From: Octopus sinensis
Lineage: Eukaryota
Assembly: GCF_006345805.1 (NCBI RefSeq)
Contig: NW_021832533.1
Coordinates: 62,001-126,000 of the forward strand
Direction of reading: 5' to 3'
DNA: 64,000 bases
In this document: positions 51,040 to 64,000 of the stretch, piece by piece
Layout of the letters: each line of letters begins with the position of its first letter
How positions within the stretch are numbered: the first letter of the stretch is position 1
The notes under the pieces: model-generated
What the model was told of the DNA's origin: nothing
The model's database searches: none
What the model saw: only the letters and a program-made list of their open reading frames with translations
Position numbers and translations under genes: made by a program

Positions 51040-52250
51040 TAATGATGTATATATAAATCATCCTTTTATGCTTTTTGGAATTCAAATATTAAGTTTTTGT
51101 AGGATCTTTTTACTGTTCGTACTCCCGTACAATATAATCTTCACTAGATTGTATAAAATCTTTTAGTTATAATAACGGATTTACTAGCCAAGAAATTCAC
51201 AGTTTCCAAAACTTGAATAACAGCTAATTCCCCACCATTTCTCCTACACTCGCTTTCCGCCATTGTTGCAGTCATTTTCTTCTTTATAAGACTTTAGCAA
51301 ATATCTTTATAACAGTTTTGTTTTTCTTAGTTATAATATATAGTCAGATAATTTAGTTAGTATTATGTTTATGATTTAGTTAGTATTACTCGGTGTATAG
51401 ACAATCCCAATTTTTATCAAAGTAAGGAACTAAATTTTCTGTATAATGTGACAATTTTCTTAAAAAATGACTAATTTTATTAAACATTTTAGTTGTTCCG
51501 AGATATGAAATATGATTCATTAAACAGTCCCGATTACAGTTGCTGGCAAAAGTTCCAATATGCCCGAATCCTAGGACGTGGAACAACTCATGTGCGACTG
51601 TTATTCCCAAGTTAATTGCCAACTGATCAGTCTAGACATATAAACAGAGAATACTGACATGAAATGACTTGTAACTAATTGCAATTGAATATTCACTGCA
51701 AATTCCACCGGTGAGAGCTAGTCCGTTTATACTGCTGTTTTCTATTCTAAATTTAAGATTTGTTTTAGAAACGTCATAAATAGAACTGCATCGGAATGAT
51801 AATGAAATTTATAATTTTTTGCGAGTTTGATGGCATCTCGAACTCTTAACTGGGGTGTAAAAATTTGTTGAATTCGTTTAACTTTGAGAGTAATATTTAT
51901 TTGTTCAAGATACTATGTCTGTGGGGATTCAAATATACATTTTGTGCTGTTAAAAATACTGAATTAAAACGTGACCGAGTCTGATTATCATTATTGTAAA
52001 GTATCTGCGTGTTAAAAATATATATTGAAGTAGTATTACTTTATTTGTATTAATAGCAACCGTCAATTCTAGTTGTCTTTTAAAATCTTTAGTTATATTT
52101 GACTATTAGTACCTTTCAGACTAATTTTGGATATTAACAACATTTTTATAATTAACACATTCAGCATTTGTTTGTTAATACCAGTCTGATTCGAAAAAAC
52201 TATATTAACTTTAGTTATTTGTAGTGCAATATTTCGCGTTTTATGTTTAA
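51040..52250 (-). CDS. M12B (ADAM/reprolysin-like) metalloprotease, possibly followed by a C-type lectin domain; may be disrupted
   Basis: GLALTGGICSEYSIAI...TVAHELFHVLGFGH...CLMN (HExxHxxGxxH plus Met-turn). Downstream frame MTATMAESECRRNGGELAVI. Confidence 0.7.
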
Positions 52251-52376
52251 AAATCAATTTATTGGAGAAAAAAGGTTACGGAAAGAAATCAATTTGATAT
52301 TTAGTTGCATTCCTTTTTGCTAGCAGTATGCCTTCAATCTTTTAAAATAAGCTTCAGCCATTCAAATGGGGTAATA

Positions 52377-52972
52377 TGTCGCGAGCGCTGCGAGCGACCG
52401 AGCGCAGCGAGCGATCACTCAATTTCTAGATGCGATCAATCAACAAATTCATAAATTGACAAATACCCGTGCTGGTATTTGGGTTTAAATATATTCGATT
52501 ACAAAAATTAAAATCGATGCCAAAGCAGAATGTGCTTTAAAACCGATTTCATAAATAAAAATAATATTTTAAGATTTATAATTGATATTTTAGAATAATG
52601 AGAAAAAATCTAAATGCTTCATAATTTATTAAAATGTCAAAACAAGAATCTTCTGAAGGAGCAAGCCTGTCTGCACAGTTCATTTGTGATTAGAAGACCT
52701 AATTTTAGAGATTGAAACGAGAAATAGCAATGAGATCTGTCAATTATTACCCCCCTCACACCTAAACCAAATTAGCGTTCAGTATTCATTGATTTTACTT
52801 TTTATATTAAGGTCTACTTATATATTATTTTATGGGATTCAATGGAAAACTTAAGTTATTTCAATTTTAATTTTAAATCATGTTAAAATTTTAAATAATT
52901 TAATAAATATATTTGTTGATGACAGGCTTGTTAGGCGTCAAAATCGCTCTCAGCGCTCGATCGCTCGCGACA
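52377..52972. mobile_element. Non-autonomous Ginger-like element
   Basis: TGTCGCGAGCG...CGCTCGCGACA imperfect TIRs built from GAGCG repeats; 5-bp TSD TAATA on both sides. Confidence 0.8.
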
Positions 52973-52989
52973 TAATATTTTCTATATTC

Positions 52990-54000
52990 TTCACATCAAA
53001 TTGTTTTCAAATTGTGAACTTTTTTCAGTTTCTTTAAACAAACTTTGATTTTTTAAATTTTCCATAAATGTTCGATTGGATTGAGATCTGGCGATTGACT
53101 TGGCCATTCCAAAACATTTATTTCGTTTCTTAGTAATTATTCAACAGTCATTTTTGACTTTTGTTTTGGATCGTTGTTGTCACGCTGGAATGTTCATTGT
53201 TTGTTTTAAAGTTTATTTAGTGATCGAATTTAACCGACATTTTTTTAGCATTCCGCGAATAATGAGCAAATTAATTATTATATTCATTACAAATAGTTCA
53301 CCGACGCCTGTTGATGAAAAACAGCCCCGCAGCATAATACTTTTTATTCCTTGTTTTGCCCTAGTTTTGGTGCATTTTTGGTTAAACATCTGATTGGATT
53401 TACCCCAAATTGATGGCAGTTCAGTCTGAAAAGTTGTATTCTTGATTTTTTCGACAATAAAATTATGTTTATGAATTCATTTTCCTTATTTAAAAGATAT
53501 TTAAAATATTTATTTTGGGCAGCCATGTGTATTCTATTTGATAACGAAACATGACGGGGCCTTTGTTTATCGATATATTCAAGGCGTAATTTAGAAGTAA
53601 TTATACGAAAGGGCACAGCTGTTTCTGTAATTTTTAAATCATCAACCAATTTTTTTCAAATAATTCTTGGCTATGTACCAACTATTCTTTTCAGTAATGA
53701 GCATGAAATTTAACTTATTTTTAACGGAGCAACTGATTTTGCTTGATTAATAACAGTACATGTGATTTCATCTGGTAATATTCCAAAAAGTCCTTTTTGG
53801 CAAATTAAGAAATTTAAAAATTTCTTCATACTTTTACCTCTAGAACAAAAGTGCAATTATACTAATTAAAAATTATGATTCAATTCTATTAAGATTTCTG
53901 TTAATCATTTCAAAGAAAAAATAACCTATCAAAGAATAATTGTTCACGTCTAATTGCAAAAAAGTCATATTTTGGATGGTCCCATTATTTTTTCCCACAA
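52990..54000 (-). mobile_element. Decayed Tc1-like transposase
   Basis: SIMLRGCFSSTGVGEL and a frameshifted WPSQSPDLNPIE-like region. Confidence 0.6.
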
Positions 54001-54281
54001 TAAATTTTTCAATTAAAGTGATATTTAAATCATTTTAATTAAATCATATTTATTTGAAATTTGTGAATATAATTAATATAAAATTGGTAATAAAAATACA
54101 AGATTTCATTAAAAAAGCTATAAAAGCTATTTGAAAAAAGCTATCTTTAAAAAAACATTACAAATTAAAAAATAATAGATGTTCAGTGGCTTATTTACCT
54201 CACTAAGTGTATTATCAACGTTATAAGATAATCCGATATTATTTAGCTTAAATAATATATTAGTATTGAAGCCGATCATTA

Positions 54282-56181
54282 ATGATGATTTTTATCTGTT
54301 TGTTTTCGTTTGTTTTAAATCTTGAAATAACTTATATAATTTTTGAAAAAATTCCAACCGAAACTGTAATTGGCAATATTTGTCAAGATTATGGAAAATG
54401 TGGAACAATTTCTTGTGCTGACCTCAGCAATAAAGAATATATAATTTGCGATGTTTCCGGAGATGTTAAGGTGATTAATTCTAATTAGCTTACTTAGATT
54501 AACAAATTAATAGATTTTGATCAACTTCCAATTTCAAATGTTAGATTTTATAATATAATTGTTCGAGTGACAATAGATCAAAATCAACAGCTTATGGCAA
54601 TAAGAGTAACTTTGTTATTAATTTTTTAATAGGTCCGTCAACTCTTTGATGACCCTCCCGTTTTTATAAGAAACCACAGAACTATAAACCTCCCTAGTAC
54701 ATTATACGATGGGTTTATTTTACATGTTCCAAGAGCAGTGGGTAAAATCAGGAGAGAAGCAGCAATTATGCATTACGAACTGATCGATAATAATTTTTTC
54801 AATTTAACTGGAAATGGATCATTTCCGACTCTTATATATTTAAAAAATGTCAATAATCTACCATCAAATACAAAATTACGACTTTTTGCTTTTGATACTA
54901 AAAATTCACAATTGTGGACGTATATGGACATTGATGTGAACTTCAACGCTATTAGCGGTGGTGCAAGTCAATATTACGATTTTTTATTGACAAAAAGTCC
55001 CACTTCTGGATCTTTCCTTGCTAATATGTACAACGACCAATACAGAAATAATGGACCTACAAATTATGAAATTGTCGGAAATTCAGGAGAATATGAATTT
55101 GATACAAATACAGGGAACATAATAAAATTAACATTCACAAATTTCACACAAGATCAATTGATTTTAAAAAATACGATGACCTCCGAACTTGTAATTGTTC
55201 AAATTGAATATATTCCCATTGAGACCATATTTATGAAAGCAATGTATCCTGACTTACGAGTTATCGAGAATAACATAGACTCTTTCAAATTTAATGTTGT
55301 AGAAGTAAGAACATCTAATTCTAAAAAAGTGAAATGTGAGCTAAACACAAAAGCAATTAAATTTACTAATCTACCTGATAATAGTTTTGAACTTCAAATA
55401 TTGAATTATTCAGCTCTATCGCCAATTGCCGACGCAAATATGACTTGTTTTGTATTGCAAGATGATTTTTGTACAGAAAGATGGTACCCCAACCAATTAA
55501 AATATACTCTGCTACTTAAAGTAAATTATATTTTGCAATATAATTTGATAGACTGTGAACCATCATGATTATGTGACACCAAAATTTTTCCAAGTATATG
55601 AAAATATGGAATCTTTTGAGATTGCTACTGATTTCGACGAAAGCACAGGCTTAGACTTTATAAAAATGCAAATGTTTGGAAATTTGAAACTAAAACTTTT
55701 CAATCTCATAACTACAAAAGCACTCGATTATGAAAAAAAAACGACAGAATTTGTGATTGTTGATAAATTTTTTAATAATAATCCATTTCCCGTAAAAATA
55801 GATATTATTGACGTAAACGATAATCCTCCCGAGTTTGTTAATCGGAGTTGTTATGCCAAATATGTTTCTGGTAAAAATATTTCAAAATATTTGACTACTG
55901 TTATTGCCGAAGACCGAGACTCTGGACAAAACGGGGAAATAACATATAGCATTGACTCAGTGATCGACATGAGTGAAGAATCATCCAAATGCACTAATCC
56001 CTTTAATCACATAAACATGTTTTCAATCGATGAAAATGGAGATATATATGTAGAAGATGAATTAAAGATTACATACTATCTTCTGACAATTAAAGCCACT
56101 GATTCGGGATCTCAAAATCTCTTTGACAGTATTCGCTGCCTTATTCATGTTGTAAAAGATAAAGTGCTGGAAAACTCTTAA
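54282..56181 (+). CDS. Protocadherin-like protein 1: signal peptide, degenerate cadherin repeats, no TM
   Basis: Three short introns. YIIFEKIPTETVIGNI (EC1-like), ALDYE, IIDVNDNPPEF, AEDRDSGQNGEITYSI, IKATDSG. Confidence 0.85.
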
Positions 56182-58330
56182 TTAATTAACTACTGGTCAA
56201 TTTGTTCTGTAATTAGACTAATATGGATTATAATAAAAGATTTTTGATTTTTATTATTTTTAACAGAGGTTTCCAAATGGTGAGGCGCGGCTCCATACGG
56301 AGGCGCTGACTCGTGTCAAGGGAGGTGCAAAAAGCATATCAGAAACACTTTTTTAGAAAATTAGATCTATATAAAAATCGTGATTATATTCCGATAATAA
56401 GAGTTATTAATTTTAAAATTATATTTTTTCAAAAATTTATGTAATTTAAATAATTTCAGCACATGGATAAATTCTAATAACTTGAATTTTCATCAATTGA
56501 GCTGATTTCGAAATTTAATCTCTTCGTGCTTGGAAACAAATTTTCTGAATCTGATTGTAAATTTTTTCTAAGAAAGGCGAATAAAGAAAAGGCGAATAAA
56601 AAATTATACGACGAAATATCTGCACAAAAATATATTGTGGAAAATAGGGATCGAGAACTCGTAACGATAATTAATGAAGAGGATTAAAAAGATCAAAGGA
56701 TACATATTAGCAGAGTAAAAAAACTTTAACTGCAAATATTCATGGGGTTCGTTCTGTGTTTTTTCTCGTGTCATATTTACTTAATTGTGAAATAATTGTG
56801 CCATTGTTACAAATTCGACGCGGCCGAAGGCCGCATAAGGAAAAATATTCACATTGAATCATCCGGCCGTATGCCGGATTGTGTTTTAGAGTTTTAATGA
56901 TAAAAATAGAAATTTACAACATTTTTAAAAATTAAAAATGGATTTTTCTAATAAATTTTATTGTTGAGAATTGTTTGGCTAACCTTGGTTAAAGCGTTTT
57001 TAAATAAAATGCAAAATCAATACGGTAATTATCTGGAAATGACTGGATGTTGGTTTTTTATGAACCCAGTAACTTCAATATTTTGGCAAAAATAATATTA
57101 AAATCAACAAAAGAATGAACAGAAAAAGAAAATAACTTCCGAAAGGTAGTTTTTATTAAAAATTTTATACATAACCGATCTGGCGCCTCGACCTATCTGG
57201 ACGGTGACATAAAATGATTCAAAAGAACATAAAATTAATAATTATGCTAGTTTTTCTCTCGTTAAAAATTTATAAAATAATTATACGAATAATATTTACG
57301 GTGAAGAATTAAGAAATTTAAACTAAATATACTTTTTGTAATAGTTCAATTTATTGACACCAGAAAAGCAGTTAGGTTCATTTTAGAGGGACCTTCGCAA
57401 AATTTTTTAAAACCAATCTCGCAGCCCCTAAACCAAACAATTTTATTCAAAAAAATTCAAATTCTTTGGAACTCTTCTTGCTCTGTAATTAGAATTAAAT
57501 TTTTAATGTTGTTTTTTGTTTAATACTGCAATCTGGAATCGTTTTCAAAATTAAGAGTTTCGATACTTATTTTTTATATAGTAAAAATGAAAACCCAGAT
57601 ACAGATAGCCAAGTGATTGAAAATGAAACCCAAACTTCAGTACTTTTTTGCAAAGATCAAAAACCCGACATGCAAACCTCACAAAAAACTCCCAAAAATT
57701 TGAGTCGTACAGCCTGCATTTAAATCAGTTTGTCTTTAACCCATCCTCGCAATTTTGAAAAAAATGGGTTAAAAATCTGCAATGTTTCTGATTTAAAAAT
57801 ATTCATCAAATGAAATTTTTGATTTTTTGTTTCTTTCATGCAAACTGATTTTTTTATTTCTTTTTAGAATTTTATAAAGTCTAGTTGAATTCAACAGCGA
57901 TTTCATCCAATGTTAAAAAATTGGCAAAATTATTGTCTTGAATACGTTGAGTCCACAACAGCAGTTTATTTGCGAAGGCGTGTAGTTTGTCAAATGCTCA
58001 TCCCATTCCCTTGAATTAAAAAACTCAACTGGTAAAGATGAGTAAATATGTCAGCCAAATATGCCAAAAATAACAAAATTTGGAGATTTGAAACAATCAA
58101 GTAGTTCAGAGTTTTTCAAAAAAATGTTCGATTTCAGGTATGAGAATAAAAAATCTTGTCAAAAAACAACGTTCCGACAGTCTATCCCGTATTTTTTGGC
58201 AAGTAATTGTAATTTTAAAAAATGATTGGAAGTGCTGTTTTATAAGTTAATTGTTGTATTAAAAAATGTTCTAAAGATGATATTTTTGCTAATCTGTAGA
58301 TTCTTTCAATGAAATTTGTGTTTCGTTATA

Positions 58331-59351
58331 CAGTCAACCCTCGTTAATCCGAAAAATTCAAATCGACTTTCCCTTCGGATTATGAAGGAATCTAAAATTT
58401 ATGTGATAGTTAGATAAATGATCAAATTAGTGATTAAATTTCTAATCTGTTTATAAACACGATTATTTATTGAAAAAATTGACTCTAGTTCTTTCTATAG
58501 TGTTTTTTTAATTAATTTTTGTAAATCATCTGAGACGTGATTCAAATTTTTTACAGTATCGTTTGTTATATTTTGAGAAAGACAATTCAAACAATAACTT
58601 AATGACAACTTGAATTGCATCAAATAAAGTGGTTAAGCTAATATCGTAACTCTCATCGACCTGGCAATCTTCAGCATTAAGTATGATATCTTCAACAGTG
58701 TATTCTTCTTGAAACATTGCAATGATTTCATCGTCATCAATGACTTTTTCTGTTTAAAGCATATCTTCTTCAATCATAATTTGGTCTAGCTCATTATTGT
58801 ATGCCACAATAATTTATCATTCAGCTTTTGTCAAAATTTCTTTGTTTTAGTAATAATAATTTCATCAGTCAGGTAACCGTTAATAGCATTCATTCGAGAT
58901 ATCCATTCTATCAATGAATTCTCAAACAGATAATGATTTTTAGAAGCTTGTCTATAGTAAGAGTTTGAGCTCTCACTATTTTTCCATTGTTCTTTATTGT
59001 TCAAAATTTCAGATAAAGCAGGTTTAATTCTCTTCTGATAATTTGAGACAATTCATTCAGTGACATTTTCCTCGAATCCTTAATTCAAAAATCTGTTCTT
59101 TTAGATGAATTTTAAATTAAGTCCTTTTTCTGACTATAGAATTACGAAGAACGTGCTTTTAATTAAATTTGAAAAAATTAATTAAAAAAATAATCAACAA
59201 AACTAATCCGAAATTATATTAATCCTAGCGTCAGGATTGCGGCTTATTGAATTTCCGAAGCATTGAATCAAATTTGGCAGAAGTTAGAAAATTTATAATT
59301 TCAACTAAAAAAATTCGGATTATTGAAGTTCAGATTAGCGAGGATTGACTG
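58331..59351 (-). mobile_element. pogo/Tigger-like element, decayed
   Basis: TIRs CAGTCAACCCTCGTTAATCCGAA and TTCAGATTAGCGAGGATTGACTG; TA on both flanks. Confidence 0.8.
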
Positions 59352-59353
59352 TA

Positions 59354-59510
59354 ATGCAGTGACACATTGAGACAACTAACACACAAAGATGACAAAATAC
59401 ATATGTATGAAATAGTGGGAGAGACTTTGTTTTGTGAAGAGGAAGAAGTATGTTTGTCAGAATATCTAGATTTCGTTGTCTAATTGGCACGACTAGTCCC
59501 TCGATTATAC
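59354..59510 (-). pseudogene. 157-bp duplicated fragment of the B56 gene (62538-62694)
   Basis: IIEGLVVPIRQRNLDILTNILLPLHKTKSLPLFHTY|LSQCVTA; 8 mismatches to the full gene. Confidence 0.9.
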
Positions 59511-59753
59511 ATATATAAACGAATAAAGCAATAGTTTTATATAGAGTTTTTACAACGTTCGACGCGATGCGTAAAAAAGCATAATTACGATATATTTATG
59601 AATATTTCCATAATAGATACATTTACATGGATACACCTTTATTTATATAAAAAATTGAAATGACAAACATTGGAAAACAACGTGTAAATAGGATTATTTA
59701 GATAGCGGGATGTAATTGAATTAAAACAATTCTATGCTAATAATTACGCTTAA

Positions 59754-61919
59754 ATGATTATTTTCCTTTTTTTTGCGCTCTCATCTAACTTTGAAATAAA
59801 TTATACAATTTATGAAAAAACACCAGTCGGCACAGTAATTGGCAATGTTTGTAAAGATTTTGGAAAACAGTGCGGGAACATTTCTAGCACCGTTTTAAAT
59901 AATGACCAATATATTGTTTGCGAGAATTCCGGAGATGTTAAGGTGATTAATTCTAATCACCTAATCTAGATTAACAAATTGATAGATTTTGACCAACTTC
60001 CAATTTCAAATGTCAAATTTTATAATATAATAGTCCGATTGGAGATAAACAAAACTCAACAAATTATGGCAATAAGAGTAACTGTGTTTCTAATCTTTTA
60101 ATAGGTTCTCAAACTTGTTGATGACCCTCCCGTTTTTTGGAGAAACCACAGAACTATAAAACTGGGTAGAATATCCGCTGGGTTTATTTTAAATGTTCCA
60201 CGAGCGTTGGGCAAAATTAGGAAAGAAGCAGCAATTATACACTACGAACTAATCGATAATAATTTTTTCAAGTTATTCGGAAATGGATCACTCCCGATTC
60301 TTATATATTCAAAAAATGTTAACAATCTACCATCTGATACAAAATTACGACTTTTTGCATTTGATAGTACAAATCCACAGTTGTGGACGTATATGGACAT
60401 GGATGTAAAATTCAACGCCTATTCCATGAATTTAAGTCAATGGCATTATATTATATTTACCAAAAATCCCATTATTGGATCTTTAATAATATCTTTACAT
60501 AACAAGACCGAAAATATTACCAAATTTGAACCATCTAATTATGAAATCGTCAGTAGAAATAAAATAGCATTCAGATTTGACAAAAATACAGGAAATATAA
60601 TAAAATTAACATCAGAAAATAATAGAAGAGGTCAACTAGCTTTAAGAAATATAATTTCGTCAAATATGGATTGGGTGATTATTTATTATGAAGTGCCTCA
60701 GAGCGAAACTATATATTTGAAGTCAGATATTGCTGTGGCATTGGTTCAGAACACTTCCTCTTCTCTTAAATTTAATACTGTAAGAGTAAATACATCCAAT
60801 TCAAAAAATGTAAAATGTCAACTAAACTCAGAATTGATTAAATTTACTCGTCAATCTGATTTTATTTTTGATTTAAAAATTTTGGATTATTCGACTGTTT
60901 TTCCCATTGCTGATACTAATATGACTTGTGCCATTTTACAAAATGACCTTTGCCCTGAAAGATGGTACCCCGATGAAGTAAAATCTACTTTATTGCTAAA
61001 AGTTAGTTATTATCAATAATAATTGTAGATTGTAAATTATTACGAATATATGACAAGTCGATATCTTGCAATATTCGAGAATATACAATTCCTTAACGTT
61101 ACCACTCCATTTAACAAATCTTTTGTTATTGAAAGTGGCGTAATTCACTACCATTCATATTTTAATGAATCATTTCCTGTTTTAATAAATATAAAAGACC
61201 TTGACTATGAAAAGACAAAGACATTCAAATTTGTCGTAAAGAACAATAATTCAGACCCAAAACTCGAAACAATCCAAATTATTGACGTAAATGACAATCC
61301 TCCGGAGTTTGTTAATCGAAGGTGTTATGTAAAAACTATTTGGAGCCAAGAAATATTCAAATATCTGACTAGCGTTCATGCTGAAGACCGGGATTCGCTA
61401 AATAATGCAAGAATAACATATAAAATCGACACGGTGATTGATATGAGTCAAGAATCGAATAATTGTATTAATCCTGATAATTACAAAAATTCGTTTATGA
61501 TCGATGCAAAAGGAAATGTTTACTCAAAAGAAATTCTAAACATTACTTATTATCTTCTCAAAATTAAAGCTACTGACTCCGGGCCTCAAAACCTGTTCGA
61601 TAGTATCTATTGCCTAATTAATGTGATCGGAAATAAAAACGAAATTACAAATACCACTAAAAAAAGTACAAAACCAACCACAAACTCTACAAAACAAATC
61701 GAAATAAACAACAAAAGCACAACAATAAATAATACAGCAAGCACTACAATGAATATAAACACAACAAAGATTGAAAAAAATAAAACAAGTTACAAGAAGA
61801 AGGGTTTTGTTTACATCGCATTATTTTATGTTTGTATTACAACTTTATCTACTATCCCAGTGGTCACTATCATTATTTGTATTCTTCATTGCTGTTCAAA
61901 AAATGGAAGAAATTATTAA
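59754..61919 (+). CDS. Protocadherin-like protein 2: Thr/Asn-rich stalk, TM and very short cytoplasmic tail
   Basis: Same intron positions as protein 1. LDYE, IIDVNDNPPEF, AEDRDS; hydrophobic GFVYIALFYVCITTLSTIPVVTIIICIL then HCCSKNGRNY*. Confidence 0.87.
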
Positions 61920-61995
61920 GGAAAAGACTATGGACTTGTTTAATTTACGTTTTGTGTCATTTTTTTCTATTTTAATATTAAAAAACAGGAAATTT

Positions 61996-63600
61996 TTAAT
62001 AATTCAAAATGTCATTATAAACAGGAATCCGCCTCTGACATCTACAAGACTGATAGACCATAAATACGTCAACAAAGAATCACAAAACACATCCCAATTA
62101 ATGTGTCTCAGATATCTCAGAGTGCTGAATGCCCCAAGCCTTACAGACAAACACCAATGCTCATGACCCGTCTTATACAAGACAGGCACAATTGCTCTAA
62201 AGAAAACAACAGGATGATGATTTATAAAAACGAGCATCCACTCCTGTCTGACACCAAAGAGAGCCTTTTCTGCAATCTGTTCACCGTTATTAATATTTGG
62301 ACAAGCCTGGAAATTTAGGTCGTCCAATAGAGATGCCCAAAATTGCACAAAAAGAGTGATAAATTGAACAGACAACACAGGTATGTCAGAATTAGCAAAT
62401 AAACGACATATTTCATCGACAAATAATATCTACTGACTATGCAACAATACAAACTCCACATCGAGAATTATTAGTAGGATATGACTTGATTAAGTATGAT
62501 ATTACTCTAGAAAACAGCTGATTATCCTTTTGGACAAATGCAGTGACACATTGAGACAACTAACACACAAAGATGACAAAATACATGTGTATGGAATAGT
62601 GGGAGAGACTTTGTTTTGTGGAGAGGGAGAAGTATGTTTGTTAGGATATCCAGATTTCGTTGTCTAATTGGCACGACTAATCCCTCGATTATACTTAATG
62701 TTCTTAAATGGATAATAACCTTAAATATATGTTAAGATACTCATCTACTCCATTAAAGCATTCTCCGTCGTAAATAAACCTTATTATATAATAGTTACAA
62801 ATATTAATTAATTATAAATATAATATTTTTGTAATTATATAATATATTTAATAATCTTATTTAAAATTTATAATACAAATTAAATCATTAATTTAGATAA
62901 ATTAAAGCTAAACTCTATGAATTTCCTACTTATTTATACTCAAAAAGTGTATTAGACATCCGCGAGAGAATAATCTGCCTCAAAGACAGAACCCTCGAAT
63001 ATATTCGGTGGAGAATCAATTCCAAATAATTCCTCTCTCGATTGTCACGTGAGTCAAACAGACCAATCATCTGTCCTTACCGTGTACATAAAATACCCTG
63101 CAAGTAATACTTTTAATGTGTTTGGCATGTATTTTTAGGCCATTCATATTCATTAGTTGTAGAAATATTTTATAGGCCAACTTTCATTATTAGTACAACC
63201 TACTTCTCTGTGTTGCCAGGACTGGTCCCGACACTCCTCAGGCATTTCTACGTTTATTCCGTCGTAGTATTCACACGGTGGAAGTTGACGGACAATATTG
63301 GCGTAGACCATGCTTACTGAGGCAGATAGAAATGTGTCACCAAATTGCAAATCTCGGTGGCAAATACAAAAATCTAATATTTCTAAAAGGATTCGCTCTT
63401 TTATGTCCTTTTCCCTTTGCAGGGTGTTGAGGCTAAAATCGAATATTAAACTAGCTTCTGCTAATTTTTGGAAATAGTATTTTTCTTTTAGTTTAATGTT
63501 GGTAATATCTGGATTTGGACTTTTATTAATTACCTTTTAAAAGTGGGGTATTTCCATAATTCTGAGGGACTTGATGGGAATGTAAACAAGGGGAAAACAT
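61996..63600 (-). CDS. PPP2R5: PP2A regulatory subunit B' (B56), divergent, multi-exon
   Basis: Spliced QKLAEASLIFDF...ANIVRQLPP...LFDSRDNRERNYLELILHRIYS...NILLPLHK...FVQKD...NFQ|IAEKAL...EHW. Confidence 0.82.
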
Positions 63601-63689
63601 AACACACAACAACTAATTAAAATAAAAATTTATATTTATAAAATCTATTAATAAAAATAAATTAAAATATAGAAATTAATAAATCTCTT

Positions 63690-64000
63690 CATTATTTGAC
63701 CCTTCATCTTTTTTTTCATGAGCAACCTAAATACACAAATATAACAACAAACAATAAAGAAAATCCCATCCTCCACACATTTCATAGCACATTCATAGGA
63801 AGGGACCACCCCGTCGTCTGGATTGGGCATAATCACAGCCGAGGTGAAGGAGGGAGGCAGAGTATTCCGTGATCTACACGTTAATAACTCAAACCCACAC
63901 ATAGGCCGAGATATTGGCATGTCTTATGTCACTAATCAGTCTCCGTGAGGCTTCTTTGTACTTGTGGAAGTAGTTTATTGAGAGGGTCGAGAAGAGGACT
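63690..64000 (-). CDS. 3' exons of an unidentified gene running off the window
   Basis: GC-richer frame SRNTLPPSFTSAVIMPNPDDGVVPSYECAMKCVEDG flanked by intron-like segments. Confidence 0.35.

Noticed and set aside
57733-57772. TTAA-CCCAT...ATGGG-TTAA mini piggyBac-like structure
   Set aside because: Only a 5-bp IR around about 30 bp in AT-rich DNA; expected by chance.
59354-62694. 157-bp direct repeats around cadherin 2 as LTRs
   Set aside because: They translate to B56 exons with an intron; no PBS, PPT or TSD.

Overview
AT-rich eukaryotic genomic DNA, almost certainly a metazoan (cadherins, tetraspanin, metzincin protease). Nearly every gene is broken by very short GT-AG introns of about 23-36 nt, so the ORF track shows only fragments. 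A compact parasite genome such as a myxozoan or dicyemid is my inference; the taxon cannot be proven from the sequence. Host genes rebuilt by hand-splicing: a secreted LRR gene (disrupted), an unknown helical protein, a tetraspanin, ethanolamine kinase, two intact GT31 beta-1,3-glycosyltransferases, a LysM protein, an EF-hand protein, three MON2 fragments, ABCF1, an M12B metalloprotease with a possible C-type lectin tail, two divergent protocadherin-like paralogs and a PP2A B56 subunit. Much of the remainder is transposon-derived: hAT/Charlie, Merlin, Ginger-like, Tc1 DD35E, an IS630/Tc1 element with phased arrays, pogo/Tigger, and CRE-, R4-, RTE- and I/Jockey-like LINEs. Main observations: (1) host-sized micro-introns in four unrelated transposase/integrase genes; (2) a 23.5-kb X'-Y-X-Y-X'' array (period about 9.49 kb) whose middle X is a 5'/3' chimera of the outer two, as unequal crossing-over predicts; (3) an IS630/Tc1 element with mirror-image 11-unit arrays alternating 21/20 bp; (4) short templated duplications at MON2 splice sites that may be creating introns; (5) a soluble-versus-anchored cadherin pair. 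All family calls rest on remembered motifs; no database search was run.
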